DNA from: an uncultured Chloroflexia bacterium
Lineage (GTDB): Bacteria; Chloroflexota; Limnocylindria; Limnocylindrales; CSP1-4
Assembly (NCBI GenBank): GCA_963789725.1
Contig: CAWBLU010000001.1
Coordinates: 783,790-847,789 of the forward strand
Reading direction: 5' to 3'
DNA: 64,000 nucleotides
A program made the translations under genes and the position numbers. Positions 19,196 through 28,539 of this stretch are shown here, one piece after another. The notes beneath the pieces are model-generated. The model did not search any database. It saw only the letters and a program-made list of their open reading frames with translations, and was not told where the DNA came from. Position 1 is the stretch's first letter. Each line of letters begins with the position of its first letter.

Positions 19196-20512
19196 ATGAC
19201 ATCGAATGAACGGGCGGAGCCGCGGCATCCCGACGTCGGCGCGGGCGCGGCCGTGCCGCCTCCGTGGCCGGCGTTCTCCGTCGCGCGTCTGCCCAGGATC
19301 ATGTTCGGTCCCGGCACGTGCGGCAAGCTGGGCTCCGTAGCGCGAGAGTTCGGCCGCCGGGCCCTGGTCGTCGTTCGTGGTCCCGGCTTCACCCAGTCGG
19401 GGGATTGGGTCAGAATCCTGGCCGCCCTCGAAACGGCCGGCGTGGAGGTGGCGCTCGAGTCGGTGTCGGGCGAGCCGTCCCCGGAGGTCGTCGACGAGAT
19501 CGTGGCCCGCCACCGGGGGAGAGGCTCCGGCAGTGGGGCCGCCGGTACAGCCACTCGGATCGACGTCGTGGTCGGGATCGGCGGCGGCAGCGTCCTCGAC
19601 ACGGCCAAGGCTGTCGCCGGCCTCCTCATTCCCGGCAACTCGGCCATAGACCACCTCGAAGGCATCGGGGCGCAACTTCCCTATGGCGGCCCGTCGATCC
19701 CGTTCGTCGCCGTTCCGACCACGGCCGGCACCGGCAGTGAGGCGACCAAGAATGCCGTCCTGAGTCGCAGGGGCCCCAACGGATTCAAGAAGTCGTTCCG
19801 CGACGAGATGCTCGTGGCGCGGGTCGCGCTCCTCGACCCGGACCTGCTGGCCGCGTGCCCGCCGGAACTGATCGCCGCCAACGGCATGGACGCGCTGACA
19901 CAGCTTCTGGAGTCGTACGTCTCGACCCGGGCTAACCCGTTCACCGACGCACTGGCCCTGTCCGGCCTCGGCTGCGTCCGCGATGGCCTCCAATCCTGGT
20001 TCGACGAAGCCGCCGAGGGCAGGGGAGCGGCCGGACCCGGCAGCGTTGCGGCCGCCGCCCGCGAACGGATGGCCTACGCGGCGTTGTGCTCGGGAATCTG
20101 CCTCGCCCAGGCCGGCCTGGGCTCCGTCCACGGACTGGCTTCGCCGCTCGGCGCCCAGTTCCCGATCCCACACGGCGTGGCCTGCGGGGCCACCCTTGTG
20201 GCGGCCACGCGGGTCAATATCGCCGCTCTCGAGGAGCGCGATCCGGCGAACCGCGCCCTGAGCCGCTACGCGGTGGCTGGCTGGATGTTCAGCGGCCGGC
20301 CCGGCGGCGACGATCGCGAGGCGCGCTCGGCCCTGGTTCCCGCCCTCGAGCAACTGACTGCCCGTCTCGGCGTCCCGCGTCTGGCGGCTTTCGGCGTCGC
20401 CGAATCGTCTATCGCCGCGCTCGTAGCCGATTCTCGCGGCAGCAGCATGCAGACGAACCCGATCGTGCTCACCGACGCCGAGATCGCGTCGATCCTGCGG
20501 GCGTCGCTCTAG
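19196..20512 (+). CDS. Iron-containing alcohol dehydrogenase
   Basis: GGGSVLDTAK, PTTAGTGSEAT, DALTQLLESY, GSVHG and PHGVAC motifs. Confidence 0.92.
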   Translation: MTSNERAEPRHPDVGAGAAVPPPWPAFSVARLPRIMFGPGTCGKLGSVAREFGRRALVVVRGPGFTQSGDWVRILAALETAGVEVALESVSGEPSPEVVDEIVARHRGRGSGSGAAGTATRIDVVVGIGGGSVLDTAKAVAGLLIPGNSAIDHLEGIGAQLPYGGPSIPFVAVPTTAGTGSEATKNAVLSRRGPNGFKKSFRDEMLVARVALLDPDLLAACPPELIAANGMDALTQLLESYVSTRANPFTDALALSGLGCVRDGLQSWFDEAAEGRGAAGPGSVAAAARERMAYAALCSGICLAQAGLGSVHGLASPLGAQFPIPHGVACGATLVAATRVNIAALEERDPANRALSRYAVAGWMFSGRPGGDDREARSALVPALEQLTARLGVPRLAAFGVAESSIAALVADSRGSSMQTNPIVLTDAEIASILRASL

Positions 20513-20747
20513 CTTTCGGCCGGGGAGAGCAGGCGGCTGCGCTCTGGCGAACGCGGCCGCCCTGGCTGCGCGTTGTACGACTGTCGCGTGCGCGGGGCGG
20601 CGGTCCGCTCCGATCTCGAGGTCCGGCTGCCGGAAGGGGCAGGGGCTCCGAGACGGCCGAAGCGGGTGGCGCCGAGGGCCCGGGCGCTGTACCCTCCACA
20701 GGCGTCGTGTCGACCGGCCGGAGCCGGTTGAACCGCAATCGAATAGG

Positions 20748-20914
20748 CCGCTCGTATCAGGGAAGCCGGTGCAACACCGGCGCTGTCGCGCAACTGTAAG
20801 CGGGAAGTGATCAGCCAGGCCATCGGTCGGAGCCGATGACTCGAGCCACTGGGCAATCGCCTGGGAAGGCGGCCGATCGCAACGATCCGCGAGCCAGGAA
20901 ACCTGACCGAACGG
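20748..20914 (+). ncRNA. Cobalamin (B12) riboswitch
   Basis: AGGGAAGCCGGTGCAACACCGGCGCTGTCGCGCAACTGTAA core, GCCACTGGG...GGGAAGGC, B12 box GAGCCAGGAAACCTG; the 5' and 3' ends pair. Confidence 0.93.
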
Positions 20915-20947
20915 CGCACGTCACCCACCTGCGCGGATCGGTTGGGA

Positions 20948-20997
20948 GACCTCCGGCGGCGAGGTCCCCTCCGGCAGGCGGGCAATGCCGCCGGAGG
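20948..20997 (+). promoter_or_regulatory. Riboswitch expression platform: anti-SD/SD helix
   Basis: cctccggcggc (20950-20960) is a perfect complement of gccgccggagg (20987-20997), which contains the SD. Confidence 0.7.
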
Positions 20998-21001
20998 AAC
21001 G

Positions 21002-22411
21002 ATGCGAAGACTGGTCGTCGCCAGCGCGATACTGGCGACCCTGCTCATGGTGCCGCTCGGACTGGCGGCGGCAACTCCCACTCCCTCGGTTGCGGTGACC
21101 GATTCCGACCGGGCGACTGCCGCGCTCCAATATCTTCTCGCGGCCCAGGGCGCCGACGGCTCGATCGACGTGTCCATCGGCGAAACGGCCGACTTCGTGA
21201 TCGGTGCCGCCGCCGCGGGCTACGATCCGGCCACCCTCGAGGGCTGCTCCGGAGGCACCGGGGCCTTGACATACATTGCCCGCGCCTCAGACGCGGTCAC
21301 CACCGATGCCAACAAGACCGGCAAGGCCATTCTCGCCGTGGTCGCCGCCGGGAAGAGCCCGTCCGACTTCGACGGCCGTGACCTGACCGGCCGGCTCCAG
21401 GCTCTGTATCACTCTGGTACGGGCGCGTTTGGCGACGGGTCTACGTTCAGCCAATCCTTCGCCATCCTGGCGGTCGTCGCGTCGGGCGGCTCCGTGCCCG
21501 CAGCCGCGACCGCCGAACTGGCCGCACTCCAGGGCTCGGACGGAAGTTGGAGCTACGGCACGGCGACCCCGGCCGCGGGCGAGGGGGACACCAACTCCAC
21601 GGCAATCGCGCTCATGGCGCTGGACGCGGCCGGAGTCACGGCGGCGGACGCGGACGCGCTGGCCTATCTCTCGACACAGCAGGTCGCCGACGGCGGCTTC
21701 GTCTACTCGTCTGCGTGGGGCTCGACCAGCGATCCGGACTCCGACGCGATAGTCCTCCAGGCGCTCGTCGCGGCCGGGGAAAGCCCGATGTCGGCGGCCT
21801 GGTCGCAGGGCTCGGAGAACGTGCTGACGGCCCTGAGGGCGAGCCAGGGCCCGGACGGCGGCTTCATCTATCCGGGCTCGGGCGAGAGCGCCTTCACGAC
21901 GAGCCAGGTTCCCGCGGCGCTCGTGGGCGTACCGTACGCCGCGGCGGTTCATCCAACCCCGGGCCGCAGCCTGGCTCTGAGCGCTTGCCCGACGCCGACT
22001 CCGGCGCCGACTGCCACGCCCACGCCCACGCCCACGGCCACGCCCACGGCCACGCCCACGGCCACGCCCACTGCCACGACCGCGCATCCGACGGCCCGGC
22101 CGATCGTCAAGCCGGCGCCTCCGCCGACAGCCGCGCCTACCGAGGCCGCCACCGAGGCGCCGACCGACGCCCCGACCCTCGAGCCGACCCCGACCCTCGA
22201 GCCGACGCCGACCTCCGAGCCGGTCGCCGCGGTCGCCGCCGTGACGGCCGACTCGAGCGGCGGGCCGGGAGTGGAACCGCCTCCCGCGGCACCGGTGGGC
22301 TCGTCCGGCGGTGTGCCGATACCGGTCGTCTACGCCTTCGCGGCTCTGGCCGGAATGGCCATCGTTGCCGGCGGCGGGTGGTTGCTCCTGATCCGGTCGG
22401 GGAATCGATGA
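21002..22411 (+). CDS. Surface-anchored prenyltransferase/squalene-oxidase-repeat (alpha/alpha barrel) protein
   Basis: Signal peptide; repeats QGADGS, QGSDGSW, QVADGGF and QGPDGGF; PT-rich linker; C-terminal TM helix. Confidence 0.85.
   Translation: MRRLVVASAILATLLMVPLGLAAATPTPSVAVTDSDRATAALQYLLAAQGADGSIDVSIGETADFVIGAAAAGYDPATLEGCSGGTGALTYIARASDAVTTDANKTGKAILAVVAAGKSPSDFDGRDLTGRLQALYHSGTGAFGDGSTFSQSFAILAVVASGGSVPAAATAELAALQGSDGSWSYGTATPAAGEGDTNSTAIALMALDAAGVTAADADALAYLSTQQVADGGFVYSSAWGSTSDPDSDAIVLQALVAAGESPMSAAWSQGSENVLTALRASQGPDGGFIYPGSGESAFTTSQVPAALVGVPYAAAVHPTPGRSLALSACPTPTPAPTATPTPTPTATPTATPTATPTATTAHPTARPIVKPAPPPTAAPTEAATEAPTDAPTLEPTPTLEPTPTSEPVAAVAAVTADSSGGPGVEPPPAAPVGSSGGVPIPVVYAFAALAGMAIVAGGGWLLLIRSGNR
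22013..22078 (+). repeat. Coding tandem repeat (gccacgcccacg)n, PT/AT linker
   Basis: 6/12-bp periodic repeat visible in the sequence. Confidence 0.8.
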
Positions 22412-23262
22412 TGCGCCGCCTCGGACGGTTGCCGGGCATCTTTGCAGCTGCGACGCTGGCCCTGGCCGGGACGGCGCTGGTCGCGCTCGCGCCGGCCTCG
22501 CCGCTGGTCGCCTCCTGCCTCGGGGCAGGTTCGCACCGGACCGCGCTGGTCGTTCAGCACGGCGACGGCTCGGTGGCGACACGGTGCGTGTCTTTTGACA
22601 CGGCCACCGTGACGGGCGAGCAATTGCTGGACGCATCGGGGCTGATCTGGTACGGCCAGACGTTCGGCAGCTTCGGCAAAGCCGTCTGTGCCGTCGACGC
22701 GGAGCCGATCGGCTACTCGGCCTGCCCGGGCGCGGACTACTACTGGGCCGTCTTCGTGTCGCGCGGCGGTGGCTCGTGGCAGCTCTCCGGCATCGGCATC
22801 TCGTCCCTGTCGTTGGGCGATGGCGATGCCGAGGGCCTGCGTTACGTTCCGACGACGGGTACCCCGGCAGCGCCCCCCTCCCCGGAGGGGGTGTGCGCGG
22901 CATCGGTCGAGACCGCGGCCTCGACCGCCGCGAGTGCGCGGGCGCCGGCCGCGACGGCGGCTCTGTTGAGCGGTCACGCGGCGACGGCCGCGCCGGTGGC
23001 CGGGGATTCGGACCTCTCGTCGCCGGCGTCGGCAGCCTCGACCGACCCAGTAGCCGCGACCGACCCGGTCGCTGAGGCCAGCTTCGTGGCGGTCGCGGCG
23101 GCAACGGGGCTCGAAGCCTCACCGCAGCCAGGCCCGGCTGCTCCAGCGCCGGACACAGGGTCGGGATTCGACCTGGGGCTTCTGGTCGCGGCCGTGGCCG
23201 GGGGCGGGCTCGCGGGCCTGGCACTGATCCGGCTGGCGGCCGGTCGAAGCCGCCGCACATGA
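22408..23262 (+). CDS. Surface-anchored DUF4430-like (transcobalamin beta-domain-like) protein
   Basis: ATGA overlap; signal peptide; GEQLLDASG...FGKAVCAVD...YYWAVF...GISSLSLGDGDAEGLRY; Ala-rich linker; C-terminal TM helix. Confidence 0.7.
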   Translation: MMRRLGRLPGIFAAATLALAGTALVALAPASPLVASCLGAGSHRTALVVQHGDGSVATRCVSFDTATVTGEQLLDASGLIWYGQTFGSFGKAVCAVDAEPIGYSACPGADYYWAVFVSRGGGSWQLSGIGISSLSLGDGDAEGLRYVPTTGTPAAPPSPEGVCAASVETAASTAASARAPAATAALLSGHAATAAPVAGDSDLSSPASAASTDPVAATDPVAEASFVAVAAATGLEASPQPGPAAPAPDTGSGFDLGLLVAAVAGGGLAGLALIRLAAGRSRRT

Positions 23263-24182
23263 GCGGGGCCGGCCCCTCCGACTCCGAGGGCGCCGGCATC
23301 GCCCCGCGGGCGTGGCTGATCTGGTCGCTCGCGGCGGTGACCGTCGCGCTCTCGACCGACAACCCGGTCTACCGTGGCCTGGTCGCACTGGCTGCGCTCA
23401 ACGTCCTCCTGGCTTGGCTGCCGCCCGGCCGTCGCGTCAAGCCCCTCGCCCTGGCCCTGCTGTTCGCCGCGGGGATCGCCACCCTGATCAACGTCCTGGC
23501 GGGCCACACCGGGGCCGACGTCCTCGTCCGGCTGCCCGACGACTGGCCGCTCGTCGGCGGAGCCCTGACGCTCGAGTCGCTCGTGTTCGGGGGCGTGCTC
23601 GGGCTCGGGCTGGCCGGGGCCCTGCTCGCCGCGGCGCCGCTGTCGCTCGTTCTCGAACCGCACGACGTCGTCGACGCCATGCCGGGTCCGCTCGAGCGAA
23701 CCGGCATCGCCGTCGCCACTTCGCTCAACCTCGTCTCGGGCTTCGGCCGCACCTTCACCGAGGTGAGCGACGCGCAGCGGATGCGAGGCTGGAAGCCTCG
23801 GGGCCTGCGGTCGTGGAACGAGGTCCTGGTGCCGGTCGTCCTCACCGCGATCGAGGACTCGGTGATGCTGGCCGAGGCCATGGAGGCGCGCGGTTTCGGC
23901 GACGGCCGCCGGACGAGCTACGCCCGCGTTTCGTGGAGTCGACGCGACCTGCTGGTCGTGATGCCCGCCCTGGGGGCCGCGATTCTCTTCATCGGACTTC
24001 GCCTGGCCGGCGTGGCGGTCGACTGGTATCCGTACCCGTCGCTCTATCTGCCGCCGATCAATCCGGCCCTCGTGGCGGGCTGCATGGCCCTGGCCCTTCC
24101 CGCGGTGCTGAAGCCGGCCGCGTCGACCGCCCGGCGGCCGGCTGCGACGGCGTCCTCGGCCGGGGATCGCGCCCGTGGCTGA
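23259..24182 (+). CDS. ECF transporter T component (EcfT/CbiQ)
   Basis: AQRMRG and AEAMEARGF coupling-helix motifs; TM helices. Confidence 0.9.
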   Translation: MSGAGPSDSEGAGIAPRAWLIWSLAAVTVALSTDNPVYRGLVALAALNVLLAWLPPGRRVKPLALALLFAAGIATLINVLAGHTGADVLVRLPDDWPLVGGALTLESLVFGGVLGLGLAGALLAAAPLSLVLEPHDVVDAMPGPLERTGIAVATSLNLVSGFGRTFTEVSDAQRMRGWKPRGLRSWNEVLVPVVLTAIEDSVMLAEAMEARGFGDGRRTSYARVSWSRRDLLVVMPALGAAILFIGLRLAGVAVDWYPYPSLYLPPINPALVAGCMALALPAVLKPAASTARRPAATASSAGDRARG

Positions 24183-25587
24183 GGAACTGGTCCGACTGGA
24201 CGGCATCGGCTACCGCTACCCTGGCGCCTCCGTGCCATCCCTGAGCGGGGTGGACCTCGAGATCGAGCCCGGGCTGGCTCTCGTTGCCGGCGTCTCAGGC
24301 GGCGGTAAGTCGACCCTGCTCCGCCTCCTGAACGGGCTCGTGCCCCAGTTCCACGGCGGGCGCATCTCGGGGACCGCTCGCATCGACGGGTTGGACCCAT
24401 TCCGGACGCCGATCGCGCGGCTGGCGCAGCGCGTCGGGCTGGTCTTCCAGGACGTCGAGACGCAGTCGGTCTACGGAACGGTCGAGCGGGAGGTGGCGTT
24501 CGGCCTCGAGAACGCCGCCATGCCCCGCGCGCAAATGCGCGACAGGGTCGAGGAGGCTCTGTCCGGGCTGTCGATCGAGCATCTCCACGGCAGGCGCCTG
24601 GCCACTCTCTCAGGCGGCGAGCGCCAGCGCGTCCAGCTGGCGGCGATCCTGGCCCTTCGGCCGCGGATCGTGGCCCTGGACGAGCCGACGTCGCAACTCG
24701 ACCCGCAGGGCGCGGAGGCGGTGCTGGCCGCGTGTCGAGATCTGGCCCGCGATGGGCGGGCCGTCATCGTTGCCGAGCACCGGCTCGAGCCCCTCATGGC
24801 CGTGGCCGATCGACTGCTGCTCGTCGCGGACGGACGCGTGACGTCGACCACGGCCGCCGCGCTCGCGCGTCCGCCGGCCACGCCCCGGCAATCGGCCGCC
24901 GGCCACGCGGATATCGCCTGGGAGTTGATCGGCGTTTCGGCCGGCCCGGCCGGACCGGGCGGCGTGGCAGTGCTCGAGGGCGTCTCTCTGGCGGGTGGCG
25001 CCGGCGAGGTCGTGGCGCTGGTCGGTCCCAACGGCTCGGGCAAGACGACACTGCTACGCACGCTGGCCGGGCTGCTCCCGCCGCTCGCCGGCACGGTGCG
25101 GCGACCGGCCGGTCGCACCGCCTACCTGCCCCAGAACCCGGGCGCGCTTCTGCATCTGCCGACGGTCCGGGCGGAGGTGGAGTTGACGCTGCGTCGAACC
25201 GGGGCGGGCGGATCGGCCGAGGCGATGCTGTCGGCCTTCGGGCTGGCCGGCCTGAGCGAGCGATACCCGCGGGATCTCAGCTCGGGCGAGCGGCAACGAG
25301 CCGCGCTGGCGACGACGCTGGCCGGTACGCCCGCACTCGCGCTGCTCGACGAGCCGACACGCGGCATGGACCGCGCCGCCCGACGCTCTCTTGCGGGTGC
25401 CGTTCGAGCGCTGACGGAGCGTGGCTCGGCCGTCGTCCTGGCGACCCACGACACCGAGCTGGCGGCGGAGCTGGCCGACCGGACAGTCGCGCTGACCGGC
25501 GGCACGGCAGTCGAGGTTGGCCTGTCGGCATCGGCCGTGGACCGTCATCCCGTCGCCCCGGTGTCTCTCGGGCAGGCCCGCCGGTGA
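24175..25587 (+). CDS. ECF transporter ATPase, two fused ABC domains
   Basis: GVSGGGKS/LSGGE/LDEPT and GPNGSGKT/LSSGE/LDEPT. Confidence 0.92.
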   Translation: MAEELVRLDGIGYRYPGASVPSLSGVDLEIEPGLALVAGVSGGGKSTLLRLLNGLVPQFHGGRISGTARIDGLDPFRTPIARLAQRVGLVFQDVETQSVYGTVEREVAFGLENAAMPRAQMRDRVEEALSGLSIEHLHGRRLATLSGGERQRVQLAAILALRPRIVALDEPTSQLDPQGAEAVLAACRDLARDGRAVIVAEHRLEPLMAVADRLLLVADGRVTSTTAAALARPPATPRQSAAGHADIAWELIGVSAGPAGPGGVAVLEGVSLAGGAGEVVALVGPNGSGKTTLLRTLAGLLPPLAGTVRRPAGRTAYLPQNPGALLHLPTVRAEVELTLRRTGAGGSAEAMLSAFGLAGLSERYPRDLSSGERQRAALATTLAGTPALALLDEPTRGMDRAARRSLAGAVRALTERGSAVVLATHDTELAAELADRTVALTGGTAVEVGLSASAVDRHPVAPVSLGQARR

Positions 25588-26354
25588 TCGCCGTGGTCTC
25601 GATCGCGGGACTCGCACTGTTCCTGTGGCCCTTCGCCGGGCTCGGATTGACGCCCGACGCGCCGGCGCTGGCGGTGACCGTGGCCGCGGTGGCTTCGCTC
25701 GCGCTGCTGGAGTTCGGCGCCCGCCGCCTCGACTCGGGCCGACTTGCCCTGCTCGCCGCCCTCGCCGCGATCGACGCCGCTTTGCGCCTGGCCCTGGTCA
25801 ACGGCGTGGCCGGGTTCAGCCCGATCTTCTTTCTCGTGCTGGCCGCCGGCTACGAGTTCGGGCCGTCCTACGGGTTCCTCGTCGGCTCGTTCTCACTGCT
25901 GGTATCCGCCGTCGTCACGGGCGGCGTCGGTCCGTGGCTGCCGTACGAGACGTTTGCCGTCGGCTGGGTCGGTCTGTCGGCCGGCGTCGCCGGCACGGTC
26001 GTTCGGCGGATCCGGCCCGCCCGGCGGTCGTGGCTGCCGACCCGTCTCGACATCGCGGTCCTGGCCGTGGTGGCGGTCGTCACCGGCTTCGCCTACGGTG
26101 CTCTGACCGACGTCTACGGCTGGGTCGCCTTCTATCGCGGTGTCGAAAACGTGGGCTGGATACCCGGCCTGCCGCCCGCGGAGACGCTGGCTCAATTCGG
26201 CCGGTACTACGTTCTGACATCGGTCGCATGGGATACCTTCCGGGCAGTCGGTGACGCCCTGGCCGTCCTCGCCTTCGGCGCCCCCGTGCTGATGGCCCTG
26301 GGTCGTCTTCGCGCCCGCTTGGGCTACGAGATCGTGCCTGCCGCGGAGACTTGA
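25584..26354 (+). CDS. ECF transporter S component (CbrT-like, cobalamin by context)
   Basis: GTGA overlap; FSPIFFL...FGPSYGFLVG...GGVGPWLPYE...WDTFRAVG. Confidence 0.85.
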   Translation: MIAVVSIAGLALFLWPFAGLGLTPDAPALAVTVAAVASLALLEFGARRLDSGRLALLAALAAIDAALRLALVNGVAGFSPIFFLVLAAGYEFGPSYGFLVGSFSLLVSAVVTGGVGPWLPYETFAVGWVGLSAGVAGTVVRRIRPARRSWLPTRLDIAVLAVVAVVTGFAYGALTDVYGWVAFYRGVENVGWIPGLPPAETLAQFGRYYVLTSVAWDTFRAVGDALAVLAFGAPVLMALGRLRARLGYEIVPAAET

Positions 26355-27679
26355 GCCAGCCGGATCCGCCTGGCCAGCAGCCACCACAACGCCACCAGGC
26401 CGTAAAGCGACGACGACTCGAGGACCGAGACGACCGGCGCCAGGGCGATGGTCTTCGAGGGCGGAAAGGTCCAGTAGACCGCAAAGACGGCCGACCCGGC
26501 CAGCCAGCAGCCGATCAATACCAGGTCGAGCCTGGCCAGGCGCGACCAGCGCAAATCCGGCGTCTCGACCGCAAGGAGCAGTCCCACCGCGAACAGGGCG
26601 GCAGCCTGGTTCCAGAAGCTGTTCTTTGGCGCGCCGGCGACCCCAGCCACGAGCGCCAGCCCGAGACCCAGGGCCAGGCCTCGTCGAGTGGCCAGGGTGC
26701 GCCGGTTCCACCACAGGACCGCGAGCGTCGCAAGCCCGAAGACCACGGTCAGAGCCAGCATCGGCAATCTCGGGTCGAAGCCGCCCGGCCATAAGGCGAC
26801 CGTCCGGTCCGAGTCCTTGACCATCCTGCTGACGAAGCCGTTGAACGATTGATTGGTGAAGTACGGGTCCGTGTCGAGGAGCGAGGCCAGCCCGCTTCCG
26901 CCGCCGCCTTGAGGGGCGAGCAGCATCGCCGCCAGCAGCGCGCCGAGCGCGCCGGCCGCGATCCCGGCGGCAGCGTCGAGCCGCCGACCGAAGGCGAGCG
27001 GAACGGCAAGTACGCCCGGAACGAGCTTGACTATCGCCGCCAGGCCGACGAGCAGCCCGCCCGCGCCCCTGCGGACGATGCTCTGCCCGTCGAGAGCCCA
27101 GACGATGCCGAGCCCGAGCAGCGGGAAGAGGACCAGGTTCGCCTGGCCGTTGGCGATCGTCCCGTAGATCGGAGGGTAGAGGCCGGCAGCGGCGGCGAGG
27201 CAGAGCCGGCGCCACCTCAGCTCCGAGGTCCAGCCGTGGGCCCAACCGATCCAGCTCGACACGGTCAACCCGAACAGCCCGAGCGACATGGAGTTGAAGA
27301 CCAGGACGGCGGTCCCGAACGGCAGGGCGGTGAACGGGATCATCGCCACGGCGAACGGCAAGGGGTACTGATAACCGCCCCCGACCAGGAACTGGAGGTG
27401 CTCCGCCCTGGCAAGAGCCCTCAGGGCGTCGATGTCGTATGGGCTCTGACCCAGGGTGATGAGCTTGGCGGCGAGCCAGTAGTCGTGGAAGTCGTTGAAG
27501 CTGTTGGCACCGCGCCAGAGAGTACCGAGGATCCACCAGGCCAGAGGGATCGCGATTGCCGCCGCGGCCAGCAGCGCGAACTCGACCACGCGAACTCCGG
27601 CGGGGGAGAGTCGACTGGACGCGGACTCCGTCGCGCCCTCTATCGCCGGCCCGGACGCGGGCTCCGCCGGCTCAGCCAC
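26324..27679 (-). CDS. Glycosyltransferase family 87 (DUF2029), GT-C fold
   Basis: DFHDYW, YQYPLPFA, GQAN, KLVP and NQS motifs; polytopic; 31-bp convergent overlap with the S component. Confidence 0.85.
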   Translation of the reverse strand: MAEPAEPASGPAIEGATESASSRLSPAGVRVVEFALLAAAAIAIPLAWWILGTLWRGANSFNDFHDYWLAAKLITLGQSPYDIDALRALARAEHLQFLVGGGYQYPLPFAVAMIPFTALPFGTAVLVFNSMSLGLFGLTVSSWIGWAHGWTSELRWRRLCLAAAAGLYPPIYGTIANGQANLVLFPLLGLGIVWALDGQSIVRRGAGGLLVGLAAIVKLVPGVLAVPLAFGRRLDAAAGIAAGALGALLAAMLLAPQGGGGSGLASLLDTDPYFTNQSFNGFVSRMVKDSDRTVALWPGGFDPRLPMLALTVVFGLATLAVLWWNRRTLATRRGLALGLGLALVAGVAGAPKNSFWNQAAALFAVGLLLAVETPDLRWSRLARLDLVLIGCWLAGSAVFAVYWTFPPSKTIALAPVVSVLESSSLYGLVALWWLLARRIRLAQVSAAGTIS

Positions 27680-27748
27680 GGGGTCGCGCTCGCATCGCCC
27701 TCTACTCCCTCCAGCCGTCTCCTACCGCGCGGAAGCCTAGCAGCACGA

Positions 27749-27785
27749 AGCCCCCTCGTCGCGGCGCGCACCGGACGAGGGGGCT
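27749..27785 (-). terminator. GC-rich hairpin downstream of the ABC-2 operon
   Basis: agccccctcgtc...gacgagggggct 12-bp stem; no strong U-tract. Confidence 0.45.
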
Positions 27786-27804
27786 CGGATCGAAAGCGCC
27801 GCGG

Positions 27805-28539
27805 CTATGCCCTCCTCGTGAGCACAACGCCGGTCACGGCGAACGTGGCCGCGCACCAGGCGCCCAGGAGCAGGAACGCGCCTGTCGTGATGGGGAAGCT
27901 GTTACTGGCCAGGGTTCCCCGCATCACCTCACCCATGGCCTGGATCGGCAGCACGCTGTGGATCGTGGCCAGCCACCCGGGTAGTCGATCGGCGGGGAAG
28001 TTGAGCGGCGAGAACATCAGGATGAAGACGACGAGGACCTGACTGGCCATCTGGGCGACCATCGTGGGCAGGACCGAGGCCATCGCGTAGCCGACCGAGG
28101 TCGCGGTCAGGACGACGAGCAGGATGGCGGGAACGACCAGTGGGCTGATCTCCAGGTCCAACCCGAAGCGAAACGCCGCGACGATCACGGCGAAGACCAC
28201 TCCCGGCAGAACGCAAACCAGCCACACCGTCATGTCCGCGAGCAGGTACACGATCCTGGGGATCGGCAGAGTCCGCATGTAGTCGAGCGTGCCCTCCGTC
28301 CGGGCCTGAGTCACAAGCTGTGGCACTGCCACCAGGCCGATGGTGATCAGGCTGACGGCCGGGCCGCCGGTGGCCAGGTATAGGATCGTGGTCCTGTCGA
28401 TGGACGGGAACAGGAGCGGGTAGCCGGCGACGATGCCGAAGGCGAAGAGTGCCTGGACGACGATCCCGAGGGGCAGGAACATCTTCATCCGGCGGGCCTG
28501 CCAGGTGACGAGCAATCGATAGCTACGCAGCGCGGACAT
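27805..28539 (-). CDS. ABC-2 type exporter permease
   Basis: GAGGAGG SD; about 6 TM helices; FSPLNFPADRLPGWL. Confidence 0.88.
   Translation of the reverse strand: MSALRSYRLLVTWQARRMKMFLPLGIVVQALFAFGIVAGYPLLFPSIDRTTILYLATGGPAVSLITIGLVAVPQLVTQARTEGTLDYMRTLPIPRIVYLLADMTVWLVCVLPGVVFAVIVAAFRFGLDLEISPLVVPAILLVVLTATSVGYAMASVLPTMVAQMASQVLVVFILMFSPLNFPADRLPGWLATIHSVLPIQAMGEVMRGTLASNSFPITTGAFLLLGAWCAATFAVTGVVLTRRA

Noticed and set aside
21002-22411. Squalene-hopene cyclase or terpene biosynthesis gene
   Set aside because: Exported, single barrel, no DxDD motif seen, and sits in a B12-riboswitch ECF operon
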